Origin: Lytechinus pictus
Lineage: Eukaryota
Direction: 5' to 3'
Length of the DNA stretch: 64,000 bases
Assembly: GCF_037042905.1 (NCBI RefSeq)
Contig: NC_087263.1
Coordinates: forward strand, 11,720,001-11,784,000
A program made the translations under genes and the position numbers. The notes under the pieces are model-generated. The model made no database searches. It was given only the letters and a program-made list of their open reading frames with translations, and had not been told where the DNA came from. Of the stretch, positions 49,149 through 63,149 are shown in pieces. The first letter of the stretch is position 1. Every line of letters begins with the position of its first letter.

Positions 49149-51511
49149 TTAATTTGTCATATTTCCATTCCAACAGTTGGGCCAAGGCTTAGGGTTAAGC
49201 GTTTTCACCACTTACATGTCGAATATGAATGAACTTTCTTTTAATGCAGAATAAGAAATTTCAACATGAATTATAGTGTGTAATCTATTTAGCATCGGCT
49301 CTCTTATTTGCATATTACGACTGTTGTTATAGGAAAACCTGAGAACGCTATCGCATTTGAAGCTACTTTTAATGACAAATGGATAGTCGTGACAGCGTGA
49401 AATTCATATTTTTATTTCAATTAATTTGTTGTTTGGGTGGACTTTGACGTTCATTTTGTTATATAATTCTCATGAAACTGAATTACCATCCTGGATTTTA
49501 TACATAATTTTATGCCCGTTTTCTTCTTATTTTTTTCAGAAAATAAAATAGGGCCTATAACTTATATTTTATAACAAATCAACAATTCAGAAGGAATCGA
49601 ACTTGGCCCTCGGAAGCGGAGGTACATGGGGGTGATGCATGTGTTATTATCCATAAGCAGCATCGTCTGGAAATCTGGAAGGTATGTCAAATAGCAGAAT
49701 TTCAATTAAATTCACCTTTAAAATCACTTTCATGTTGTAGTGTGAATCGGTCCCAGGGCCCGAAATTCAACTTTTTAAACATTCATATGAAAAGTTAGTT
49801 TTCCTATGATTTTAAACATGCCCTTCGAAAGTCTTGACCTTACATAACTTATGAATAAAAATGAACCTCTCCCGCACGAGAAAGAAATTAATTGCATTTT
49901 GAAATTACTTGATAAAGAAAAAAAAAGGAGACTGCAGAGTTCTGTCCATCCTAATGTGTAGATTTATATAATGTATATTTGATTACTGCTTTGTAAAACC
50001 TGCCCAAGGGCACCATACGTCAAGGTCGTTATCGACCGAAATATTTGCATTCGATCTATATAATTTTAAAATTACCACTTAATATGAAATAAGAACTTTT
50101 AGGCACAAACCTGACAGAGGTGTTCGATACTCTCATGAATTTTCTTTCCTTTTGTATACTACTCTGAATCAAATTATGATACAAGGTTGTGTGGGTTGTA
50201 GGAGGGTTTGCGGCAAATTTGCTTCGAAATTGAATATTTTCTAACAAGGTTTCTTATGGAGTTACCTACGGCATGTACGGGTCAGACAGTGAGCAGACAT
50301 ATCACAGACACGGGTGACAAGTGTGACCTTCTAGCTCAGATTTTTTAAAAGTCAAACCAATGTTAACCAATCACTTTAATTTGTCATATTTCCATTCCAA
50401 CAGTTGGGCCAAGGCTTAGGGTTAAGCGTTTTCACCAATTACAGGTCGAATATGAATGAACTTTCTTTTAATGCAGGATAAGAAATTTCAACAGGAATTA
50501 TAGTGTGTAATCTATATAGCATCGGCTCTCTTATTTGCATATTATGACTGTTGTTATAGGAAAACCTGAGAACGCTATCACATTTGAAGCTACTTTTAAT
50601 GACAAATGGATAGTCGTGACAGCGTGAAATTCATATTTTTATTTCAATTAATTTGTTGTTTGGGTGGACTTTGACGTTCATTTTGTTATATAATTCTCAT
50701 GAAACTGAATTACCATTCTGGATTTTATACATAATTTTATGCCCGTTTTCTTCTTATTTTTTTTCAGAAAATAAAATTTGGCCTATAACCTATATTTTAT
50801 AACAAATCAACAATTCAGAAGGAATCGAACTTGGCCCTCGGAAGCGGATGTACATGGGGTGCTGCATGTGTTATTATCCATAAGCAGCACCCCTGGAAAT
50901 CTGGAAGGTATGTCAAATAGCAGAATTTCAATTAAATTCACCTTTAAAATCACTTTCATTTTGTAGTGTGAATCGGTCCCAGGGCCCCGGAATTCAACTT
51001 TTTAAACATTCATATGAAAAGTTAGTTTTCCTATGATTTTAAACATGCCCTTCGAAAGTCTTGACCTTACATAACTTATGAATAAAAATGAACCTCTCCC
51101 GCACGAGAAAGAAATCAATTTCCTTTTGAAAATACTTGATTAAGAAAGAAAAGGAAACTGCAGAGTTCTGTATATCCTAATGTGAAGATTTATATCATGT
51201 ATATTTGATTACTGCTTTGTAAAACCTGCCCAAGGGCACCATACGTCAAGGTCGTTATCGACCGATATATTTGCATTCGATCTATATAATTTTAAAATTA
51301 CCACTTATGGAATAAGGCACAAACCGGACAGAGGTGTTCGATACTCTCATGAATTTTCTTTCCTTTTGTATACTACTCTGAATCAAATTATGATACAAGG
51401 TTGTGTGGGTTGTAGTAGGGTTTGCGGCAAAATTGCTTCGAAATTGAATGCTTTCTAACAAGGTTTCTTATGGAGTTACCTACGGCATGTACGGGTCTGA
51501 CAGTGAGCAGA
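49070..51511. repeat. Recent tandem duplication, ~1.22-kb units (49070-50296 and 50297-51511)
   Basis: Both units start ACATATYACAGACACRGGTGACAAGTGTGACC and end CGGCATGTACGGGTCWGACAGTGAGCAG, with high identity throughout. Confidence 0.95.
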
Positions 51512-52714
51512 TTAGATTTTCTGAATCTTTTAAAAAATAAACTTCGAGTTTTTGTCTTTTGTTGATTTTACTCACCCATTTACACACACCCACACACCCT
51601 CACACACCCCCACACACACATATTATGGTCAGTATACTCAAGTGTGAGTGCACATAGCTATCATGATGTTTGCTATCTTCTGTTTTATTTTTCACCATGA
51701 AAGATGATAATCATATTAGAAACAAAATGTGTTACATCACTTTGATTACTTTGCACATAAGAATATATAGTTTAAAAAAAATCAGAATAAACAATAGATG
51801 TCTGGAGCGCAGAGTCACTTGAAAATATAATAGAAAAGTAAATTGTCGAAGAAAAACGTGGCTTGAAGTAAAATAATATTACTTACAAGACAAAACTAAT
51901 AAAAAATAATTAAAGTTTTAAAAAGGATTATGATAAAAGTGATATTAAACATCGTAAATTATTTCCTATTGTAAATTTACTCCAAAGATTGTGTTCACTC
52001 AAGTGATCAGTGCAACCATTTATGCTTTTAATTTATTTCGAATTGAATATAAAAAATAAAATAGACATTACGACTAGTTTAAGCTTCAAAGCCGAATAAA
52101 GCCTTCCTGTGATTTTTCGCCGATTTAAAGTCTTTCTGAGTGAATTTCTACAATGTGGAGGCAACAAAGCAAGATTTTATTTTTCCGGAGTCATAATATA
52201 AAGCTACAAACAACTTGATCATAATTCTTTCTTTGAAGTGCAATGAGGTGCATGCAATGCAGAGAGAAAATGACATGTTTTAAAACGAAGATTTATTGTC
52301 ATAATTCTTAAAATTAAAAGAAACGCTCTAAAGTAGAAGAGAGTGTTAGTAATTATTACTGCACAAAGCTTTGTCGAGCACTATCTTAATAACATGTTCG
52401 CCATTCGCCATTTTCTAGTCCATTTACCAAAGTACAGCTTGAAGTAACATCCATTATTTAGAGCTGCAGTAAAGAATAATGGAACGACAATCCTTATCCC
52501 ATCCAAAAGCAATTATCATTATTAAGGATAAAGAAAGTCACTCAAAAGAACGTTAAAAATCGGAAGTTAATATTTTCAAATTCTTTCAAATGATTTCCAG
52601 TTGGGTAGTGGAAAATACAAAAAAAAAACGATAATCATAAGAATTTATAATGATCATGCAGTGAGATAGAACAAAATGAAAAGTAAATTATATATTATAA
52701 TGTAAAGAGATTAA

Positions 52715-53512
52715 AGGGGTACCCCAGGCTGAATTATACATATATCTTAACAGAGTACATTCACCGAGCAAACGCTGAAAATTCAATCACAATCAATAAC
52801 AAATAACGAAGCAATACAGAATCTTAAAGATAAGCAATATTTAGTTAAAAATAAAAATATATATGCACATTGTCATGGATACACAGTAGGTGAACTGATG
52901 ATTCCATGTACCCACTTTCCATTTCTTATGTCATTACATGAAATCATAATTAATTCATGTTTTCATACATTTTATCATACATGTGTCTATAATATGTCTC
53001 CCTTTGTTACGAAATAAGTTGCTGCAGTGATTTTAATTATCAATAACAATCAATAACAAATAATGAAGCAATACAGAATCTTAAAGATTAGCAATATTTA
53101 GTTAAAAATAAAAATATATATGCACATTGTCATGGATACACAGTTGGTGAACTAATAATGTCATGTCCCCACTTTCCATTTTCTCATGTCATTACATGAA
53201 ATCATAATCATTTCATTTTTCATACACTTTATCATACATGTGTGGATGATATGTCTCCCTTTGTTAAAAAATAAGTTGCTGCAATGATTTTAATTATTAC
53301 ACATTGTTAAATCATTGGTCAGTCATTCAATTTTGTATCCGTGTTGGTAGTCAAAACTTGATTACGCATATTTCATATAATAGAAATAAAATATGACGTC
53401 ATCAGCGAAATAATGCAAACCTTAAATGATATAACTTTGTTATACCTTGTCCGATTTTCAGTGTTTTGTTTGTCCGATTCTATCTCTTCTAATCGTAGTA
53501 TTTTCAGCCTTA
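52715..53512. mobile_element. Kolobok-like element with internal ~257-bp tandem duplication
   Basis: TTAA|AGGGGTACCCCAGGCTGAA start and decayed right end TTTTCAGCCT. Block ~52791-53047 is repeated at ~53048-53298. Confidence 0.65.
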
Positions 53513-56267
53513 AATCATATCAAATAACTGATGACACAAATAAATTATTTACCTTATGTAACTTATGCAGAATTTGATTCTCCATAGAAAAGCATTTCAA
53601 TACAGTAACAGATGCAGGGCAAAAAAAAAGTTTTATAAGACTGCATAAAGCAATGCTACAAATATCAATAAAAATAAGTGATTGGGCCCTCTTTGTAAGT
53701 GTCTTCACTTGTTAATATTAGCATAATTATTCATGATAAGAAATAAATAGAATGACTCAATGTTAGATGAAATCGGATGATTGTACATATATCGAAACAT
53801 TTGCAAAAACAAGGGGAACAAATTTGTAATAAGCATTGCTTTTTAGGCAAGATTCTCCGCTTTGTTCATTCTTTTTCTTATCTTGGTCAGATTGGTTTTG
53901 GTTAGATTCCTAGTTTCAGACAAAGATTTAGTTACTAAATATTATGTTTATTATTGTACTTTTACATCTGATTTAAAAAAAAATATGTCACTATGTGACT
54001 TTATGAGGTTTGCTTTCTTTTTATTGACGGAAAATAAATAAATCTAAGTCTAAATCTAACAGCCACAAACATTAATGAAATACGAAATAAAGAACAAAAA
54101 CTTAATCAGACATTTAATAAAATGAACATATTATTATTATTATTTTTGGTGAATTAATGAAAAAAAAATTATGTCGTACAACTAGATGTTTGATGTCATC
54201 TAGCAATGACCCGCATTTGGTATTATGTACCATCAGTGCGACTTCTTTCAGGCACATTGTTTTACTATTTATAGCCAGATACAGCAAATGTCCCTTTTTA
54301 AATTGGACATTTAGTTTCCAAAGTTATTTTCAATTTCTCCCCGAACATCTAATTTTACGTCCATCTCCCTCTGTTACATTTCTTAGCCATGATTTCTGCA
54401 TCTCACGACTTTAGGACCGTCTCCCATCCAGCCATCACTCACTAAACGCTTAACCCATTTACTGCTTAATCTTAGTGGTCACCGTACAAGGACTATTGGA
54501 ATTAAAGAAGTCAGTAGTCAATGAGTTAATGTAGGTCCCATGATGTCTTTATGGTAATCCTGTAATGTTTGATTCAGGGAAAGTTAATGGACATTTTACG
54601 ACCGTCTATTTCGTAGCAACACAGACTATGGATAAAAAGATGGGGAACATTATCAAATTAGACTTGTAATGCTGGAGGAGGAATAGTAAAGTGGATTAAT
54701 GATGTCGTAAAGTCAGTTTGCGTGTTTTATAAGAACGTAAGTGTACAGTGTGAATTTGGGCGTACCAGAGGGTGTGGGCTAGTAATAACTAGTAACCTAC
54801 TTCTTGGTTATGGTGAGGGTGCGTGTGTGTGGGAGCGTGTACCTAGGGGGCGAAGAAATTAAGTGGGTGTGGGAACGGATGGAGAATCAGTGAAAGTGTA
54901 TATTACATGGGTGTGTTATACACACAGTGTGTAAAACCTATTATATGGGTGCGGTAGTTGTGGGCGTATTTTGAGTGTGTTATAGTCCATATGTGTGTGT
55001 GATGGTCCCTCGTACGCGTGTGGGTGAGAGAGAAAGATAGAGAGAGAATGAAATGATGATGGGAAAGAAAAAGGAAGTGGGGAAGGAGATAAATAAGAAA
55101 GTGAGAGAGATAGAGATAGTGAGAGAGATGTCCACTAGATATAAGTGCAAGCTTGCCTCTTTTTCTAAAAGACGCCATTATGTTGGTTTCTTTTCTTTTG
55201 TTTTACTTCAAAAAAAATAATGATTATAAGAGCTGCAGCATTTTTTCTTGAGTGCTCCCTTGATTGCCCCTTGTTTATTCTATTTGATGTACCATGAAAG
55301 TCTTGTTCCAAAGATCTTGTGAAAGATCTTGAAATCAAACGCGACCTCCAAAATCAAACGCATCTCCACATTTTCAACCAGCCAAAAGTGTGGATTCAGG
55401 AATTGTCTTCGTTTATTGTGGTTGTTCGGAGGGATTCATTTACATACAGCTCTTTATCAGTGTTCCCATTTAATGGAATCAGTGCCTTTGGGAGAAATTA
55501 ATGACGTATTAACAATTTCTACTCCCTGGGGAACATTCTGAGAAGGCGCCATTCAAATTCAAATTAATCATGTCAATAAACACATCGGATACATCTCTTC
55601 AGACAGAACGAGCACTACAAACATGACAAATATTATGGGATGGGACGGAAATAACCATGATAGTAATGACTATGTAAATATTCTGAGTAGAAACCTGACC
55701 GCGTTTCTCGGCAAAAGTTTGAAGATAGAAAAACATTCTCAATTTTTGTTTGCTTTGGAATCTTAGAAATGAATACAGCATTTCATTTCCCTCGTTTTCT
55801 GTTCAATTTATCTGCCATTCGATTGCCTACATATGTCAATGATGATTTGCTTTTGCAAATGAAGAGTTAGCTGTTCTCTAATAATTCATTCCGCTGCCCC
55901 CCCCCCCCCCCCCCCGCCCGTCCCTGCTGCTGGGAATATAACGGAAGATGGCAATAATTTGTCATTTCACAATGCCCTGTGCAGTTTATTACCGTAATAT
56001 ATCTGTGTATTCCTTTGTTGTTGATTTTTGTCTGTCTCTTCAGTTTTTAAGGTAGTCATATCACAGTAAGAGTTTGTATCAATATTTTTTTTCGGATTTT
56101 ACATACGACCTTTTATATACAATTTAATTCCTGTGCTCATGTGATCTGTTGCCTCTACAAAATGGTCATAATGGCAGTCCCTATACGTTCATTGATTATA
56201 TTTTTTTACATAAGAGAAATATATTTTTCATGTCGTTATCTTTTATACCTGAAATATTTTGACTATA

Positions 56268-57085
56268 CAGTGCGTCCAAGAAAAAACGAAACCGAGATTT
56301 AGCGATGATTTATCATAACTTAATCAAAAATAAAATAGATAAATGACCTACCAATGTAAAGCTTAGAATCTCCTCTTTCATCTGATATTATTGAGATTAT
56401 TCCTCATTCACGCATGAGTGAGCAAAAACAATTTGAAGGAATGATACCAAAAACTCATTTGGCGGGGGGTATATGAATTTCGAAAAGAAAATCACATGTC
56501 TTAAAAGTTCAATATCTGCTCTTTAATTTGATACCTCAATTACAGAAATTGGTCAAGAAATAACAAAGTTCTGCTTATTTGAAATAAGGCTTGAATTTCC
56601 ATAATTTCATTAAATAAACTGTTTTCACCGGTTTCCCACAGAAGCTATCGCATGGTTAACAAAAGACAATGGCATGGCTGATCGTAAACAAAACGGAGTG
56701 TCGAGTGAGTTTGAACGCTAGCCTGTAAAACCTCTTCATTTTATGAAATTATTGAAATTCAAGCCTTATTTCAAATAACTAGAACTTTGTTATTTCTTGA
56801 CCATTTTCTGTAATTGAGGTATCAAATTAAAGAGCAGATATTGAACTTTTTAAAAATGTGGTTTTCCTTTTGAAAGCTAGATACAACCCGCCAAATGACT
56901 TTTTGGTATCCCCTCTTCAAATTGTTTTTGCTCACTCATGCGTGAAGGAGAAATAATCTAATTAATATCAGATGAAAGAGGAGATTCTAAGCTTTACATT
57001 GGTAGGTCATTTGTCAATTTTATTTGTGATTAAGTTATGATAAATCATCGCTAAATCTCGGTTTCGTTTTTTTTGGGACGCACTG
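56268..57085. mobile_element. Tc1/mariner-like MITE with ~350-bp TIRs, TA TSD
   Basis: TA|CAGTGCGTCC...GGACGCACTG|TA. Arms ~56268-56615 and ~56738-57085 are reverse complements around a ~120-bp spacer. Confidence 0.92.
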
Positions 57086-57622
57086 TATTGTGTGGATTAG
57101 TTTGGCATATTATTATGTAAACACATTTCATATAATTATGTATTGTATTATTTCAATGCAAAAATAAACAGATTTCGTCATAATTTAAGGTTCTGGCGGA
57201 GGGAAGTTCCGAAAATTTGGAAATTATTGAAATGTCTGCAGGCTGAGATTCACTGAAAACAGTAAGGACAACACTTTCTAGCCAAAAAAGTTGGAATTCG
57301 CCATAACTTTTTTCTGCTCTGTCTTTTTTTTTTCATTATTGGATGGATACGAGTTTTCATAGCCCACAGATGAAATATTTTAAAGGATTTAGCATGTTTG
57401 AAGAGATGAGATAAATAGCCAATTTTATGGTTTATGTTTTTAGTTAAAGCAAAAGGCAAAATAGATATAAAACTTTGTTGTTCATGAAGCTTTCTAAACC
57501 AATATCATTGCAGGGATATTGACAATATACAAATTTCATTGTCCATGTCATGAATTGCACGAAAATCGGAAACAGTTTATTTGTTGGGGCCGGTAGAGTA
57601 AAAGAATACTATGTGTTTTTAA

Positions 57623-58345
57623 AGGGGAATCCAACCCAAATAAAAACTTGTTTTTAGAGGAAAAAGAAAAAGGTGAAAGTGTGAACAATATCGGACAAAC
57701 AACAAGAAAGTTATAAATGTTTAAAAGGTGTAAACATTGGTAATCACTATACTCATGGAGACTTCAAATTGGCCGCTGATGTGATGTTATTATGATGTTA
57801 TTGTTATGGCAAGCACTACTCTTCCATGTACTCCTATACATAAAATGGTTAAAATGTCATTAAAAAAAAACAGTTTTACTTCAAATTATTTCTTTCATGA
57901 GGACATAAAATATGTGATGGCATAGTGATGTAAGGCAAGGGCTACCCGTCCATGTACTCCAATACCCAAAAATGGCTAAAATGTCTTTTTTTTTCTTCAA
58001 AAGTTATATTTCAAATTGTATTTTTCTTTCATGAGGACATAAAACAATATACTACCTGTGTTATATTCAGATTACTTCCCCCAGGGGAATGGGTACTTAG
58101 GAGAAAACCATACATCCCTGATAATTACATGTAGGTACATGGCCAATGGAAAATTTGTTTTTGCCCCTTGTTATAATTTACTTACCCAGTTGCCAATTTT
58201 TTAATCTACAGTCTTAGGGATCTCAATTTTAAAGCAGCCATAACTTTCTTATCGCTTTTCCGATTTCTTTCAAAGTTTCACCATTATGTTTTCTTTATTT
58301 TTCTCCTTTCCAATATAATATTTATGGCCTAGGCTGGGTTCCCCT
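57623..58345. mobile_element. Kolobok-like non-autonomous element
   Basis: TTAA|AGGGGAATCCAACCC ... AGGCTGGGTTCCCCT|TTAG, with an internal ~130-bp duplication (TTTCTTTCATGAGGACATAAAA twice). Confidence 0.75.
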
Positions 58346-59512
58346 TTAGAGTGCAGAAAAGCAATATTTCTTGCGTATATCGGCCATCAACCTGAACATC
58401 GCCTCTGTTCATTAGGAAACAAAATTGGCCAAAATATGAAGAAATGTGAAATGTTTATTCATCGTTGCTCTATTGCGCATACCAAAATGTATGTTTCACT
58501 CTCAATTATTTTGGTGAAATATTTGAAAACAATATTGTCAAAATTTGAGCGGTGTACGTCAATAACCACTTTATCATTTAGGAGTTTTCCATCATTTTAT
58601 ATCTATTTTTGTTTCTTCGTTTTTAGAAGACTGTGACATTTCAAACAATATCGTAGGATACTTACATGCGGGAATCACTTACAGAAATAGGCAGTTATAG
58701 GCCGACACAGGGAAATATAAGGTCAAGTTCACACTACAAAGAATCTAATTGATAAAAAGATTACATAACACCCCCCCCCCCCCGAAAAAAAAAAACAACA
58801 ACAAAGGGGTAAATAAATGAATGATTGAATTAACAAATAGATAAATGAATAACTAAATAAATAAATACATATACAAAGAAATTAAAAATAATAAAATATA
58901 AGCAAATAAACAAATAGTAAGAAGGGAAAAGGAGATAAAGGTGCATGCAATAAACAGGCGAAAATTGAAAGAGTGGAAAACACTTTCAAATAAAGGGCAC
59001 AAATGGTTTGCATTTACAGGTAGAAACGAATTATCCGTCTCCTGTGCCTGCCCCTTCATTTACCCAGCCTGCGGTTGGGAGGTGTCACGTTTTAGTTAAT
59101 ATCATTTACTTTTTGTAGTTCCTTTTCTTGAGATAGATATAATTTTTGGAGACAATTGTGTTCTGTTTATTAAAGGCAGAAACCTTTTCTAGTGCTCTAT
59201 TTTTGTAGAGGTTGCTTGTTAGGTATTTGTGGGAGAGGAAGATGGCCTGTTTGTAATTTGTGTGGCTTTTTTTTATCTCTTTACTAAAGCATGTTAAATT
59301 GGCTTGTGACAAAATTCTTAAGAATCCATCTTAATTGGCGTCCCTCTCATAAAATTCCTGACAATCTAGGTGTATTTTACCCGCATTAAAATGTTAATGC
59401 ATTTATCGTCAGATTTAATTCACGCTTAATAATCTCATTCTAAATTTATGTATGAAGTTTGATATACAAATACGTATAATATTCAAATTAACGAAACTTT
59501 GATATCAGGTTA

Positions 59513-59741
59513 CACAGCAATATCGCAGTTTAATTTCTTATACAACGTTGTTTATCATATGAACCTTACTGTAGTTTAAACAGTTTAAACAACTGTTTAA
59601 AATTTCAAACAACAAAGTGTAATTTTCAATAATCAATTTTTAATAATTTAAGCATGGTTGTTTAAGCTGCTAAACATATATTGTAAGGTTCACATGGTAA
59701 TCAGCGTTATATAAAATTTTAAACAGCGTTTTTACTTTGTA
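59513..59741. mobile_element. Degenerate palindromic CACAG-type MITE
   Basis: Arms TGAACCTTAC / GTAAGGTTCA and TTAAACAAC / GTTGTTTAA. Confidence 0.55.
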
Positions 59742-60629
59742 TTTCTAATGTCACCTGCTCGTCCTGGTTCTGCTGACGCAGTCCAAACAGCGACTTTGTT
59801 TCAGCGAGTAGAATACCAATAATGCCGAAAATATATCATTTCTAATTTGGTTACGTGCAGACCGCAGAAAGTAATTAATCCCAAAATGGATTGCCTATAT
59901 CAAGATGCAATCTGAGTGTCGCCAGTGGGTCCTTCCAAAGGGTTGCATTGATGAAGAAAGGAAGGGAGAGAGAGAACGAGAGAAGGGGGAGAGGAGAGAG
60001 AGTGATGTACGGGAATAGGCCTACACATTGCATAAACGTACATAGAAACGAAGGGCCTGGAGAGAGAGAGGAAGAGGTAGAAAGAAAAGGGGAAGGACAG
60101 AGGGAGAAAGAAAGAGGTGGGCGGGGTGAGAGAAGAGAATGAAAGAAAGAAATCAGAGGGGGAGAGAGGAAAATATTTTAACGCAAGATAACAGAGAGGA
60201 ATCAAAATGGAAAGAGAGACTTTAATAAATGAACGGAGACACGGAAATGGTGTTTGGACTTTCGTAGTTTATTCATTATGATCATGATTATCATTATCAG
60301 TAGTAGTAGTAGTAGTAGTAGTAGTATTTTTTTAATATTACTGTCATAATAATGGTGATGGTGATCATGATGGCTACAAATATGATTTTTATGATTATTA
60401 TCATTCTCATTATCATAATTTTTTTTATCATTGCGTCACGTAATCGATTGTCCATAATTATGTCCATCTTTGTATGTTGGTAATTCTCTTTTTGATGCAA
60501 AGCCCAGTGTACGAAACCTTGGTGTTCAATTTGATTATGAGTTGTCATTTGGCTTTCCATGTGAATTTGTATTTCCGAATTCATAAATTAATAGTATTAG
60601 AAAATCCATGTCCGTAAAAGTAACTAAAT

Positions 60630-61222
60630 TTGTTATACATTCTCGTTTAGACTATGGCAATGCATTGTTGTACAATGCTAACCGGGAATGCTAGCAATGG
60701 TCAAATCCTCAAGCTACAGGGAGTGCAAAGTGCTGCCGCTCAAATGCTCAGTAAAACTTCTAAATATACACACGCACATCACCTGTTCTAAAAGAACTTT
60801 ACTTGTTGCCCGTGGTGGAACGAAAACAAATCCAAGATTTGTGTGTCTTACATGGAAAATGGTTAATGGTTGCGCTCCTCATTATTTTAATGATCTTATC
60901 TCGGAATATGTACCCTCTAAAAATATAAGATGTTCGGGAACAGGGTTGTTGACAACTCGTTGAGTCAAATACTCATTTGGTGAGAAAGCCTTTGTTACAG
61001 TGTTCCCACTTTGCGGAATGCACTCTCTTCAACAATAATCAATGCCAAGTCTATAGAATCATTCAAAGCCAACCTTAATACATATCTATTCTCATCATGA
61101 TTTTCATTTTAAATAACACTCCCCCCCCCCCCTTCTGTGTAATAATTCCCTCTGCGCCTCTGAATAGTAAACTAGATACATGTAGACGGCGCATCCTAAG
61201 TGCTGTATGTTATTGTTGTTAT
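60630..61222 (+). mobile_element. L2-clade LINE 3' fragment (frameshifted ORF2 C-terminus and tail)
   Basis: Translates in shifting frames to SRLDYGNALLYN...HITPVLKELYLLPV...KMVNGCAPHYFNDLI...FGEKAF...SFKANLNTYLF, followed by a TGCGCC...GGCGCA stem and a (TGT/TAT)n tail. Confidence 0.85.
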
Positions 61223-62429
61223 ATCAATTTTATGAAGTAAGACAATTTTGACATATTCTGGATTTGAAGCAAAAATAAAAATCCAATATAATGAAAACAC
61301 GTATACCTTATACTGCTTTAAAATGTACTATAGTCCTATATAGTTATCTGAGATAGCCCAGACAGGTAGCCAAGCGCGATTGGTCCATATCGCGTCTCGT
61401 GATATGATCGAAATCTGTGTATTTTCCCAGCCGGTCCACCTTCGATGAACACATTGACCAGCCGATCCATTAATATATTTGTATACGTGTATGGCGCCCT
61501 CTCGTGGACTAGATGTTACCAATTACACGGAAATTACATATGTGGGACTAAAGTAGCGATCGTTTGCAATCAATCAACACTCAATATCAACTGGAATCAA
61601 TTTTTGGACCGGACCGCGGAATTAAAGTGAGTCCCACCTACTACGAGTTCAGTTTTAACGTTAGATCTAACGTTAGACCTACTTCAGTTACTAAAATGGA
61701 GCCTAGATTTGCATGTGTAGACAGGAATAATCATCGTTTCTGGAGACTGGGGATTTAAATTATCTGGATATTGGTGAGTGGAGCCAACGTAGTTCAGCGG
61801 ATAGAGACTGAAGCTTAACGTTAGTTTTAACGTTATTTAGCTGTTCTAACGTCGAAGATTTGTGGTTCTGTCTGATGAGCAATGGGGAATCATTTTCAAC
61901 TTTTGGACGATAAAGTTGGGTAAGTGGATCTAAATTTGGGCCTAGGCTAGGCCTGGTCTATGTTAGGCCTAGATAAGTTCAGTCTAGGCCTAGATCTAAA
62001 TTGTTAACGTGTTAGTTAGATCTAGCAGTTAGACTAACGTTAAAGTCTATGCCCTATGACTATATTTTTGTCTGATTACCAAATGATATTATAATCATTT
62101 GTGTGATGAACTGCCCAGGTGAATACAAAACAGAATCAAGCCACTGACCCAAGAGCCAAAATAAAGGGCTTTTTTTTTTAAATGTAAGAAGAAAAAGTCT
62201 CGGTAGAAAAAAAAGATTTGCAATGCTTTATTACATTTAATGCGATAAATTCATAGACGACAAGAAAGCCCATCAAACACTACCAGTTTACTTCACATTT
62301 CCTTTCTAAATGTCGAGATAATTTTATAGCTGTCTAAATAAGAGAGAGTATTATATATGCTAACGGAATGAAAACTTACACAACAAACTTGAGGAAAATT
62401 ACTATCAATACAGCACTTGCCAATGATAA

Positions 62430-62601
62430 TTGATACAGCCTCCCTGGAAACACGAACAAATATTTAACTTCTGAAACTTTCAAAAAGCACCTTAACAGAA
62501 AACTGCTAAAAATTTTCGTAATTTAGTTTTAAAATCTTTTGAAAAGCGCATTGAGCAGTGTAAAAAGTAGATTTGGTGAGATTAAGTTCAAATTATTATT
62601 G
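62430..62601 (+). mobile_element. Decayed L2-like 3' tail
   Basis: SLP...ETFKKHL-like codons, an AAAGCGCATTGAG motif and an ATTATTATT tail. Confidence 0.45.
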
Positions 62602-63149
62602 TCATTCACACTAAGAAATAAGGATGCAAAAAAGGTACACATTTGTGAGAAAAGGTGCTGAGCGAGTATTCGAGCATAGTTGAGCCTTTCACTCGCCACC
62701 GCGCCGCGCAGGCCCGCAGTGAGTGGTTGGGGTGCAAGTTTGAACCTCGCGTATAGTCTAGGTTCCTGTCATACTTCATTCTTATCAAAATGCTCGCAAA
62801 GTTGAACCTGCTCGGTAAAGGAAAAAAAATACATTTTCTTGTTTGTGTGTGTGTGTGTGTAAGAGTGTGCGTCTTATATACGTGTAATGAAAAATTAAAT
62901 TTTTACTTGCGAAATTGCTCCTTTAAAGTAATGTCGTATGGAGTTAAAGGGTCTGGCAACAATCTACGTAGAAATCGAACATACATGTATGTTGAGGGTT
63001 CTGTAAATTAACATGGACCTAGCTGGACAAGGAGGATTATTCTATTGTTACTGAGGGTGCTGTGACAATGCTCAGCACCCCAAGTAACAATATAATAATC
63101 CTCCGTGGACAGGGCACTGATCCTGGTAGGAAAACGTGTCAAGTTGGAT

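Noticed and set aside
54495..54520. miR-1-like word TGGAATTAAAGAAGT
   Set aside because: Seed mismatch and no supporting hairpin.
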